From assembly GCF_964204645.1 (NCBI RefSeq), contig NC_134026.1, positions 331,850 through 395,849 of the forward strand: a stretch of 64,000 nucleotides of DNA. The letters run 5' to 3'. The stretch comes from Tubulanus polymorphus (Eukaryota; Animalia; Nemertea). Made by a program: the position numbers and the translations under genes. The notes under the pieces were generated by a model. That model was not told where the DNA came from, made no database searches, and was given only the letters and a program-made list of their open reading frames with translations. This document shows, in pieces, positions 12,121 to 24,500 of the stretch (position 1 is the stretch's first letter; the number at the start of each line of letters is the position of its first letter).

Positions 12121-14109
12121 CAGGGAATCGATTTCTACAATAACTCCTACGGAGTTTGAAAAAGTGGATTTTTCAAATCAAAAGGAACTGCATTGATTCA
12201 CATAATGTGATTCCTTATCAAACTATCGGAACATGGAGAAGGAATAGCTATGTTTCACACATAATGCGTTTCCTTATGAAGCTGAAAATAACATGGAGAA
12301 GGAACAGCTATGTTTCACATAATGCGATTCCTTAGGAAACTACATTGAAACATTGTTCAATGTTCCATGTTGCCCCCTCCCCCCAAATACTATGACGTTT
12401 ATACGTCAAGTGTAAAACTATTATATCATTATTAACATACTTGTTTTTCTAATTACAGAATTAAAGATTAATTTAATATGATGTGAAAACTTGAATGATT
12501 GAAATGTTAATATCTAATGCTCAACAACGGAGGGAAATCCTTCACATGTGATCGGAAGGATTTAAAATGTTTACTCATAAGGAAAAGGAATATATATTTA
12601 TATACATGAGATTGCCTGGATTAAAAATTGCACAAGAAAGGAAACCACAGCAAAGACTACGGTAATCAATTTCATTACATTTCTTGTGTGTGAAACCATC
12701 ACCATCTGGATCGGTGATCAATGCATGAATTTATGAGTTCATAATTGAACATAGGATAGAATAGAAAAATGCAAAAATCTGCAAAAATGCAATGATTAAG
12801 AATCTCTGATAAAGAAAGTATAAAATAAAGATCTTGGATTGGAAAGTTTGTTGTTATCACATCAGTGATTGGCTTTTATAGATTGATATTGATCTCTACT
12901 GATTCTAAGGATCACCAGGATCAAGGGTTGAGTTCAAAATTCTTGTTATTAATTAGTCTTAATTAATCTCTTGTTGAAATCAATAAGGCATATGAGAGAG
13001 GAGATTCAGGGAGGTATGAGAGAGGAGGTTCAGGGAATATGAGAGAGGAGTTTATGGAGATATGATAGAGGAGTTTAGAGAGATATGAGAGAGAGAGGAG
13101 TTTAGAGAGATATGATAGAGGAGATGGTCTAAAAGGAAAATTGTTAAGTTCATAACAATCGATCAACTCAGTAATAGACACCGCTCTGATAAAGTAACTC
13201 CTAATTGCAGGAATTGCGTTTAGCCATTGAAATATGGTTGATACAGCGTGGAATTGTTTCCATGTAGGCGAGCAATGCATAAAACACACGTCAGATTAAG
13301 GCTGTTGAGAGTGAATTATCAATAGATTTAAGAAATCGAGGATGAAGTTGTTTTCAAGAGGTCGATCATTCATATGGTTGTTAATCAGATCAGGTTCTCA
13401 GGTGCTTCCTTCGTCCCCAAAAACTGCATAAGTTGTATCAAAGTATGTGATATAACCTACTAATTGATTATATGAAAAGAGGCTATTTGTAGTTTCTCAG
13501 CCATTTTGCAATTATTGTTGTGAAGAGGTCACAAAATCCAAACTAAAACCAGCATCATCAATAGATTTCTACTGACTGAGACCCGGTCATACTGCTCATG
13601 TCGAACAGTTTGTTGTATTTTTGTGGTACCAGTTTCTCACGTTCCAAGATAGAACAAAGTTCCTAAATTTTGAGTCCTTCAGTGCTGAAATTCCAATTTA
13701 CTACAAACTTCCTAATCTTAACTTTCCAAAAGTTTGAATTTTTCCTAATATATCTCTTGTTGAAGATTTCATTCCAGTTCTCAAAATTAATTACGGTTTT
13801 TGAATATCTGCGAAATATCATTAATTATTTTCCTGGTTTCATTTTTACTATTGCCCAAAATCATATTTTATGTGAATTATTATCGCTATTATTGGATTCT
13901 TTCAATGATGTTTTGGTTTGATATTATGATTGATCAAGATCCATCTAAATCTATTTCATTGGTATGAATTATGAAATATTCATATCTGCAAACATTTCAT
14001 TGATACTTCTAAACTAGTAATTCTGAAAACACTCTAAAAACTATTTTACCCGTATTTTTAGGACAATTGTAGAAAGTATTTTAAATTATCTCAATTTTAA
14101 AGTATCTAT

Positions 14110-14610
14110 AATATGTAAAACTATTTTATCTCAATTTTAAAAAGATTGAAGAGACTATTTTATATCTGAATTTTAAAACACCTGTGATATCTAAAAAATA
14201 TTTTATCTGAATTTTAATCTATTAAAGAAACTATTTTATATCTGAATTTTAAAACACCTGTGATATCTAAAAACTATTTTATCTGTATTTTAATCTATTA
14301 AAGAAACTATTTTTATATCTGAATTTTAAAACACCTGTGATATCTTAAAACTATTTTATCTGTATTTTAATCTATTAAAGAAACTATTTTATATCTGAAT
14401 TTTAAAATACCTATGATATCTAAAAACTATTTTATCTGAATTTTATACTATTTCATTTGTATGTATTTTATCTCAAAGTATCTTTTTAAACTATTTTATT
14501 TGTATATATTTAAAAAACTATTTTTTTGTTTATATTTGAAAACTATTTTATTTTTTATATTTAAAAACTATTTTATTTTTTATATTTAAAAACTATTTTA
14601 TTTGTATATA
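14110..14610. repeat. AT-rich minisatellites (~77-bp unit, then ~24-bp AAAAACTATTTTATT unit)
   Basis: Recurring CTATTTTATATCTGAATTTTAAAACACCTGTGATATCTAAAAA units. Confidence 0.8.
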
Positions 14611-15002
14611 TTCCTTTTAGAACAATGATTTATTTGTATTTCAATACTAACTAAAAGATCAATTTAATGAAATATTTTATATTTGACTATCACTGTGTAT
14701 ATTCGAACCCCAGTGATTTCATGAGAATGGAATAACTGAAGGTCCAGGTTTTATCACCGAATACTCTTTGACACAATTACGTGGTCCACAACACAGATAT
14801 AAATAGTGGTTATATAAAAGGCCCATGCTGTATATAGTGCACGCATAAAGAGCTTTTACTCGTAGTTGATATAGGCTTAGTAAATATGAAATGTGATTGA
14901 GAACGTTTTCTCATACTTTCTTTACCTTTTTTCTTGTAGTTTTTTTCAATTTTTATTAATTCAGTGAATTATCTACTCATTTTCAGTTGGTGTTTCACTA
15001 TC

Positions 15003-15172
15003 ATGGAATGCGATGAATAAAAAACAGTCTGAGTGTATTTTTCATATGATATTTTCAGCGTCCCGTCGTATGAAATTTTTAATTTTTAATTTGATGTCAT
15101 ATCATGAAAATGTATGACTGAAAACATCATATGAAAAATACACTCAGATTGTTTTTCATTTATCTCGTTCCA
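15003..15172. mobile_element. MITE / foldback element
   Basis: Inverted arms AAAAACAGTCTGAGTGTATTTTTCATATGATATTTTCAG and CTGAAAACATCATATGAAAAATACACTCAGATTGTTTTT. Confidence 0.65.
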
Positions 15173-15644
15173 TACAATACAGGACTCAGTTCCACAGATT
15201 GATTTGGATACAAGAATTTAAATACATATTTGTTGCATAACTGTGGAACTGGGACTTGTTAAATTGTGAGCATGATGTTTATGATTAATCACTAGTGCGT
15301 TTTGAACTAGATATTAAAACTTTGGTTTCAAGTTAACCTTAGTTTAGATTAGTTGGTTTTTGTTTAGTTATTTTAGTAATTTTCGCTGTTTATGAATTTG
15401 ATTCGTTCCAGTTGATTTAAGTCTAATTTAGTTAAAGTTTTAGTTCATTTAGGTCAAGTTGATTAAGTTTTAACTATAGCTGTTAACTTAAATAAAGTGT
15501 AAACCTCTGATAAACTGAGGGTCAATTTATCTTATGATAAGTTACACTCGGGTATATTAATCAATAATCCCGTTTAAGATCTCCTTTTTTTATGTGGTTC
15601 GGAGATTTTCACTGAATAAAATAGTAACATCTTCTTAGAATGTG

Positions 15645-16245
15645 ATGAACTGAGGGTAAATTCATCATTGTTGAAATTACTCTCAGGATCATCATTAAAA
15701 CAATGAATGAACTGAGGGTATATTTCATCATTGTTGAAATTACTCTCAGGATCATCATTAACACAATGAATGAACTGAGGGTAAATTCATCATTGTTGAA
15801 ATAAGTCTCAGGATCATCATTAAAACAATGAATGAACTGAGGGTAAATTCATCATTGTTGAAATTACTCTCAGGATCATCATTAAAACAATGAATGAACT
15901 GAGGGTGAATTCATCATTGTTGAAATCACTCTCAGGATCATCATTAAAACAATGAATGAACTGAGGGTAAATTCATCATTGTTGAAATCACTCTCAGGAT
16001 CATCATTAAACAATGAATGAACTGAGGGTAAATTCATCATTGTTGAAATCACTCTCAGGATCAGCATTAAAACAATGAATGAACTGAGGGTAAATTCACC
16101 ATTGTTGAAATTACTCTCAGGATCATCATTAAAACAATGAATGAACTGAGGGTAAATTCATCATTGTTGAAATCACTCTCAGGATCATCATTAAAACAAT
16201 GAATGAACTGAGGGTAAATTCATCATTGTTGAAATCACTCTCAGT
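15645..16245. repeat. 62-bp minisatellite, ~10 copies, each containing a 15-bp imperfect hairpin
   Basis: Unit GAACTGAGGGTAAATTCATCATTGTTGAAATYACTCTCAGGATCATCATTAAAACAATGAAT. CTGAGGGTAAATTCA pairs with TGAAATTACTCTCAG. Confidence 0.92.
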
Positions 16246-18639
16246 TCATTGAGGATATTTTAGCGTTAACACCAGTTTTAATTACCCCACTGTTTTCTTG
16301 TTATTGAAAGTAACATCACTAGTTGTAGAATAGATGATTAGGTTTTTTATTGTTCGATGAACTTGCAGTTAATTAGATTGATTAATAATACAATACTCTC
16401 AGGTCATTGAAACATAATCTTTAATGTTATCTTAATTTTAGGGATCTAGGGTTTTACGCTGAAATAGATTATAAATGAATGAAACAATGGAATTTTAAAT
16501 CAGTATTTTTTCGTTACTGTCAGAGAACTTTTATTTAATTTTTAGGCTTTTCACTTTTTGGTGTCTCTAGATTCTAGTTTTTTTCTAAAATATTGTTGAA
16601 ATTTTGTTGTGTTTTTTAATCGATTTTAAGCTTAAGTCCCAGCAGGCTAGTGTATTCGCTTTTTATCCGTTATTCGACTGGCAGAATAGTATTAAGATGG
16701 CTGACTGGTAGCTATTCTTGTTCGGCACTTTTACACAGTTTAGAAGTTTTTAAGGGAGGTTTCAAAGATTTCTCCAACATTTGATGTTTGATACCGATAT
16801 TTATCCCCATCATTATTAGAAATATTGGGTTGCTTTAACTTAGTCATGATGTTTGATAATTGTTAGCATTGTCATAGGACACCACTTACATGGAATCATT
16901 CTTACCCCATTTTCTATTCTTCTCATCAGAGGTATTGAATTCATACAATTTTTCCATTAGTTTAATTATTGGTATTTATGCATATAACCGCAATCAATTG
17001 CATATTTGTAGCATTGGTTTTTGTTATGTTTACCGGGGGGGGGGGGGGGGCATTAAATATCTAAATTGTCAGATTGTCAAGCATTTCACCGAGTGGGCAA
17101 GGTGTCCCTGCACCTCTAGTTTATATCTTATTTCACTGCTTTCAAGGTTCTCGTACACATTTCATATTTACATGCAGCTTTTTCATTCAATATATATCAA
17201 TGCCATCCTCACTTGCCAGGTTTTAATTGTCGTCTGCCGAAGCTCATGCCAAGACAAACCCCGGTCGCAAACTCTTCATTGGTCTATTACGTTGTTCAAG
17301 ATTGCTTGGGTAGTCAGGTTGCCACTGAGAGGCCACCAGTCTATATATCTAGCCAATCAGATGCATTGTTTTTCGCCGGCAGATTTGCTACACATCTGAT
17401 TGACTAGATGTAAAGACTAGTGGCTGCTTAGCATCAACCCGTCAACCGAAGATATCTTGGACAACGTAAGATACCAATTAAGGGTTTGCCACCAGGGTTT
17501 GTTTAAGCGTGAAATTCGGTGGGCGACAATAAAACCCTGGTGATTGAGGATGTACATATGAACACACAAGAAGCCAAACTTAATAGGCAGCATTATTATT
17601 GGGAGGTGCACCTGGCCTAATATATCGCGCGGTAAAAACCACTCTATCCGTGGTTGTGTAGTACCAGTAATTGATGATCATCGAGTGAGTGATTGGCCTG
17701 GCCCAGTTATTCCATTCTGAAATCACTTGGGTTCCGATTATGATTAACAAATAATATAAAATATTTCATCAAATTGATCGACACATTTTATCCGTGCTTG
17801 TACATGTTGTAAATTTATGAATAGCTTTTTATTTGTATATATTATTATTTGTATATATTATATTTCTTTTATATTATATTTTTTTTATTGATTTTGATTT
17901 CTACTTGTAAATATTTTTAGATATCTTTTTAACTTAAGATTTTAATGATTATTTAAACATTTCAAATATAATCTTAAATTTTTAATTTTCTAAACTTCAT
18001 AATATCTATACATCAAATCTATTTTAGTGCAAATTTTGATAAAGATTTAATTGATAATTAATATTTTTAATTCTATTGAATAATTTTAATATTCAAAACA
18101 ACAGAATGAATGCATTCAATCTTAGTTTAATACTGATATCACTTGTTGCCTCTATTGTTTTAACGAGATTTTAACCTATAAGTTTGGAGCATTGATATTA
18201 TTTCATTGCATTAGTCCCGCCTCCTCATTTATGGCTGATGGTTGATTTCAGATTTTCAGCTTCTGATAACATTAATATTAATTCAATGCTACGTTATGTT
18301 TTGTTGTTTTATTTCTTACGAACGTTTTCAAAGATGACTTTTTGTCGAATTGATATTTGGTAGTGCAGAGGTTGAGATAATTATACAATTTTATAGAATT
18401 GTCTAAAATACTGTACCTAGTAACATATAAGTAGTATTGCTAGTTTACCTCTATTTTCAAGTTGTCCTGTGGTACGACGTTAAACTGCCTCATTTTAACA
18501 ATACGTTTTATCCATACATTTTATCAGTGATTTTTATCTATTTGTCCTGTGGTATGACGTTAAACTGCCTCTTTTTAACCGTTTTTATCCATATGTTTTA
18601 TTGTTTTTACCCATATGTTTTATTGTTTTTATCGCCCCT

Positions 18640-19130
18640 TCTTTTTCTACCTTTCTCTATCCTTTCCCTCTCTGTCTCTATCCTTTCCCTCTCTGTCTCT
18701 ATCCTTTCCCTCTCTCTATCCTTTCCCTCTCTCTCTCTAACCCACTAACTCTCTTCCTCTTTCTCTAACCCACTAACTCTCTCCCTCTTTCTCTAACCCA
18801 CTAACTCTCTCTTCCTCTTTCTTTAACCCACTAACTCTCTCATCTCTCTCCTTTCTTCCTCTCACCCCTCTCCTTCATCCTTCCTCCTCTCTCCCTCCTC
18901 TCTCTCTCTCCTCACTCTCCTCTCTCTCTTTCGCTCTCTTTCTCTCTATCTTGTAAATATTGTAAATTTGTAAATAGTAGTTTTTATTTCTCTTGTAAAT
19001 ATTGTAAATTTGTAAATAGTAGTTTTTATTTCTCTTGTAAATATTGTAAATTTGTAAATAGTCGTTTTTATTTCTCTTTTTAATTTTCTTGTAGATATTG
19101 TAAATTTGTAGATAGTAGTTTGTTTTTTTC
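18640..19130. repeat. CT-rich low-complexity tract followed by a 42-bp tandem repeat (~4 copies)
   Basis: CTCTATCCTTTCCCTCT and CTAACCCACTAACTCT units, then TCTCTTGTAAATATTGTAAATTTGTAAATAGTAGTTTTTATT. Confidence 0.8.
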
Positions 19131-19489
19131 TTTTTTCATAATTTTCATCGGATCTCACTTTATTCAATACAACAGAATGAATGCATTCAATCTTGGTTTC
19201 AAACTATTACTTGTCACATGCATTCGTAGCATTGATACCATTACGTTAGATAAGTCCCTCCTCCTTTTGAATTAATATTTGAGAGAAGACTCGTTAAGCA
19301 TGTAGTAATAAGCGTATTACATCGAAGACATTTTGTCACAGGTTGAAGAGCATTTTATATCATATGTCAAGAAATAAGGATTGGATTGACGTTGCTTCCT
19401 GTGATCTCTGATCTGTAAGCTTGCAAATCTATTTAACCATCACTTGTTTGTAAAGGATTGAGTGTACTTTACCATTACTGGTTTGCAAT

Positions 19490-20375
19490 ATGCTTTACCA
19501 TCATTGGTTGCAGTTGTGAAAAATCATCTCATTGATTGTGCATACTTCCCCCTCACTGGTTGTCACTTCATTGGTTGCAGCTGAACAATCATCTCAATGA
19601 TTGAGCTAATTTCCCCTCACTGGTTTGAAATATAATTCCCCCTCACTGGTTGCAGTTCTCTCCATTGGTTGCAGCTATGAACAATCATCTCATCGATTGT
19701 GCATACTTCCCCCTCACTGGTTGTCACTTCATTGGTTGCAGCTGAACAATCATCTCAATGATTGAGCTAATTTCCCCTCACTGGTTTGAAATATAATTCC
19801 CCCTCACTGGTTGCAGTTCTCTCCATTGGTTGCAGCTATGAACAATCGTCTCATTGATTGTGCATACTTCCTCTCACTGGTTGCAGTTCACTCCATTGGT
19901 TGCAACTATGAACAATCATCTCATTGATTGTGCATACTTTCCCCTCACTGGTTGCAGTTCACTTGATTGGTTGCAGCTATGAACAATCATCTCATTGATT
20001 GTGCATACTTTCCTCTCACTGGTTGCAGTTCACTTGATCGGTTGCAGCTATGAACAATCATCTCATCGATTGTGCATACTTTCCCCTCACTGGTTGCAGT
20101 TCACTTGATCGGTTGCAGCTATGAACAATCATCTCATTGATTGTGCATACTTTCCCCTCACTGGTTGCAGTTCACTCCATTGGTTGCAGCTATGAACAAT
20201 CATCTCATTGATTGTGCATACTTTCCTCTCACTGGTTGCAGTTCACTCCATTGGTTGCAGCTATGAACAATCATCTCATTGATTGTGCATACTTTCCCCT
20301 CACTGGTTGCAGTTCACTCCATTGGTTGCAGCTATGAACAATCATCTCATCGATTGTGCATACTTCCTCTCACTG
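19490..20375. repeat. ~71-bp minisatellite (about 12 copies including variants)
   Basis: Unit CCTCACTGGTTGCAGTTCACTCCATTGGTTGCAGCTATGAACAATCATCTCATTGATTGTGCATACTTTCC with internal hairpin ACAATCA/TGATTGT. Confidence 0.9.
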
Positions 20376-21379
20376 CTGGTTTGCAGTTTTCAGTTTACAT
20401 GATGTGTTTGATGATGATAAATGCTGGTTTTATCATTGGCTCTACGCGAACAGTTATCAAAATGTTTGAAGCCTTTGCCAGACGTTTTGTGGGTTCGATC
20501 TCTCTAAGAAAAAGCTAAAAGGGATAAGGGTTTCAATTTGGAATACAGTTTGTCTCCTCCAGCAACAAACGTCCATAGTCTAGAATAAACTGATTTGCAT
20601 TTGTAAAAAGCTTTGATAGGTGTATCGCTGCATTTCCTACTAGACTCCTCTCTCTCATCACGAAATATGAATTACTGCCAAATCAATTGGTGGTAATGAA
20701 AGTAAATTGTTACAAAACACTGCAAGTGGGTGTCTTGAAACAATGATACATGTAATGAAACATTGATAGATGTACTGATCTTGCGGTTTGTTCTACCTCC
20801 TTCCTCTGCTACGAGGTGATATATCGTGCCATTTTTATATACAATATCAAAATCATAGACAATTAAAATCGTGTGGTGGCATGGCTTCTCCTTTTGTTCT
20901 CTATAACCCCCGGTAATGGCCTTGCTATGACATCAAACGAGTATCAAATACAGAAGATACTCCGTTATTCTCCTTTAAAAATGGAAAATACTGTTGTTTG
21001 CTACTACGGCAAATACTGTTGTTTGCTACTGCATGTTGCTCATTCCACTCTGTTCTAGGGGTGATATTGAGTTTTGGGGTCTCTTCTCCTTCCCTTGCCT
21101 TCTTGAATTGTTAAATAGTTGTGATTTACAATACTGATTACTTCCTTATTTGAAAACTACATGTTGCTGATGCTTGCTATCATTCAACTCTGTTTTGGTT
21201 GTGATATTGAGTTTTAAACGTTGTGTTAGGTGTACATGCCTCCTCTCCTCTCTCTCCTCTCTCATCAACAATTAAATAAGACACTCCTTGTTTATATACA
21301 TTTAGTTCTTTGCTGTGGTTTCCTGAATAGAAAAGTTTGAAATTGCTCATTGATTGCAGCGCATTTCAAACTATGGATC

Positions 21380-21570
21380 AATTACTGCTAAATCAATTGA
21401 TGGTGATGAAAGTTAAGTGTTACAAAACACTGTGGGTAAATTACTGGTAAATCAATCGGTAGTGATGAAAGTTGGGTGTTACAAAACACTGAGGGTGAAT
21501 TACTGGTAAATCAATCGGTAGTGATGAAAGTTAAGTGTTACAAAACACTGTGGGTAAATTACTGCTAAAT
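21380..21570. repeat. 59-bp tandem repeat, ~3 copies, with related single copies near 20690 and 28400
   Basis: GTGATGAAAGTTAAGTGTTACAAAACACTGTGGGTAAATTACTGGTAAATCAATCGGTA. Confidence 0.8.
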
Positions 21571-21574
21571 CATA

Positions 21575-24500
21575 ACTGATGGGCTCCTTTAATACTGCTG
21601 CTTGCTGCTGGGTGTTAATTGATACACTCTGTTTTGGGGTGATATTGAGTGCAGGAGTCTCCTCCTTCCTGCTTCAGCTGTCATGTAGAAACGTGACAAA
21701 CAAACTGAATTGTCAGTGCGTTACAACACTGATGGGCTCCTTTAATACTGCTGCTTGCTGCCGGGTGTTAATTGATACACTCTGTTTTGGGGTGATATTG
21801 AGTGCAGGAGTCTCCTCCTTCCTGCTTCAGCTGTCATGTAGAAACGTGACAAACGAACTGAATTGTCAGTGCGTTACAACACTGATGACCTCCTTTAATA
21901 CTGCTGCTTGCTGCTGGGTGTTAATTCTTACCACCTTTCATGAACTTCTTGAATTATTACATTAAACATTATTACAATAAGAATTATTACATTAAACATT
22001 ATAACATCATGAATCATCCTCCTTAAATACTGCTGCTTGCTGCTGGCTCTGTTTTGGGGTGATATTGATCGCAGGAGTCTTCTCCTCCCTTCTTCAACTG
22101 TCATGTGGAAACGTGACAAACGAACTGAATTGTCAGTGCGTTACAACACTGATGACCTCCTTTAATACTGCTGCTTGCTGCTGCGTGTTAATTAATACAT
22201 TCTGTTTTGGGGTGATATTGAGTTCAGGAGTCTCCTCCTTCCTTCTTCAACTGTCATGTAGAAACGTGACTAACAAACTGAATTGTCAGTGTGTTACAAC
22301 ACTGATGACCTCCCTTAATACTGCTGCTTGCTGCTGGGTGTTAATAAATACACTCTGTTCAGGGGTGATATTGAGTGCAGGAGTCTCCTCCTTCCTTCTT
22401 CAACTGTCATGTAGAAATGTGACAAACAAACTGAATTTTTAGTGTGGTACAACACTGATGACCTCCTTAAATACTGCTGCTTGCTGCTGCGTGTTAATTA
22501 ATACACTCTGTTATGGGGTGATATTGAGTTTTGGCGAGTTTTGCTCCCTGATTATCTTTATTGCGACTTTACATTTTAAATGTATAAATATTCACAGCAG
22601 CTATCCATCGATAGCTTTGTGGTGGTTGAATCATTGAAATGTTACTGGTGTTGGTACATTGTATATATTGTAATATATGTCGGTGAAATGGGATTGATTA
22701 TGTTTCCTGATCGTCCTTATTGCGACTTTACGTTTTAAATGTATAATATTCAAAACAGCTATCCATCGATAGCTTTGTGGTGGTTGAATCATTGAAATGT
22801 TACTGGTGTTGGTACATTGTATATATTGTAATATATGTCGGTGAAATGGGATTGATCATGTTTCCTGATCATCCTTATTGCGACTTTACGTTTTAAATGT
22901 ATAAATATTCAAAACAGCTATCCATCGATAGCTTTGTGGTGGTTGAATCTTTGAAATGTCGCTGGTGTTGGTACATTGTATAGATTGTAATATATGTCGG
23001 TGAAATGGGATTGATCATGTTTTGTGATCATCCTTATTGCGACTTAACGTTTTAAATGTATAAATATTCAAAACAGCTATCCATCGATAGCTTTGTGGTG
23101 GTTGAATCTTTGAAATGTCGCTGGTGTTGGTACATTGTATAGATTGTAATATATGTCGGTGAAATTGGATTGATCATGTTTTGTGATCGTCCTTTTTGCG
23201 ACTTTACGTTTTAAATGTATAAATATTCAAAACAGCTATCCATCGATAGCTTTGTGGTGGTTGAATCATTGAAATAATGCTGGTGTTGATTCTCTGTGTA
23301 TACTGTATCAGCAAATATTATCACATAACGCATTTTAAAAGTGTTATACTCAAAGATGCTATATTTTGATAGCTTCACTTTGCTTCCTTGCACCTGAAGG
23401 TTGTTAACTGTCATATAGAAACGTGACAAACAAACTGAATTGTCAGAGTGTTACAAGACTGATGACCTCCTTTAATACTGCTGCTTGCTGCTGCGTGTTA
23501 ATTAATACACTCTGTTTTGGGGTGATATTGAGTTCAAGAGTCTCCTCTTTCCTTCTTCAACTGTCATGTAGAAACGTGACAAAGGAACTGAATTGTCAGT
23601 GTGTTACATCACTGATGGCCTCCTTTAATACTGCTGCTTGCTGGTGGTGTTAATTCTTACCACCTTCCATGAACTTCTTGAATTATTATATTAAACATTA
23701 TTACAATAAGAATTATTACATTAAACATTATAACATCATGAATCATCCTCCTTAAATACTGCTGCTTGCTGCTGGCTCTGTTTTGGGGTGATATTGATCG
23801 CAGGAGTCTTCTCCTTCCTTCTTCAACTGTCATGTAGAAACGTGACTAACAAACTGAATTTTCAGTGCGTTACAACACTGATGGGCTCCTTTAATACTGC
23901 TGCTTGCTGCTGGGTGTTAATTCTTACCACCTTCCATGAACTTCTTGAATTATTACATTAAACATTATTACAATAAGAATTATTACATTAAACATTATAA
24001 CATCATGAATCATCCTCCTTAAATACCGCTGCTTGCTGCTGGCTCTGTTTTGGGGTGATATTGAGTTCAGGAGTCTCCTCCTTCCTTCTTCAACTGTCAT
24101 GTGGAAACGTGACAAACGAACTGAATTGTCAGTGCGTTACAACACTGATGACCTCCTTTAATACTGCTGCTTGGTGCTGGGTGTTAATAAATACACTCTG
24201 TTCAGGGGGTGATATTGAGTGCAGGAGTCTCCTCCTTCCTTCTTCAACTGTCATGTAGAAACGTGACTAACAAACTGAATTGTCAGTGTGTTACAGCACT
24301 GATGACCTCCTTTAATACTGCTGCTTGCTGCTGGGTGTTAATAAATACACTCTGTTCAGGGGGTGATATTGAGTGCAGGAGTCTCCTCCTTCCTTCTTCA
24401 ACTGTCATGTAGAAACGTGACTAACAAACTGAATTGTCAGTGTGTTACAGCACTGATGACCTCCTTTAATACTGCTGCTTGCTGCTGGGTGTTAATAAAT

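Noticed and set aside
12960-13900. Fragmentary minus-strand coding-like text (also at 20400-21000)
   Set aside because: Interrupted by stops, with no motif I can assign. I cannot support a Polinton, Helitron or viral call from it.
21860-22280. Possible hammerhead in the A monomer (CTGATGA and GAAAC both present)
   Set aside because: No stem II can form between the two motifs, and each sits inside its own local hairpin.
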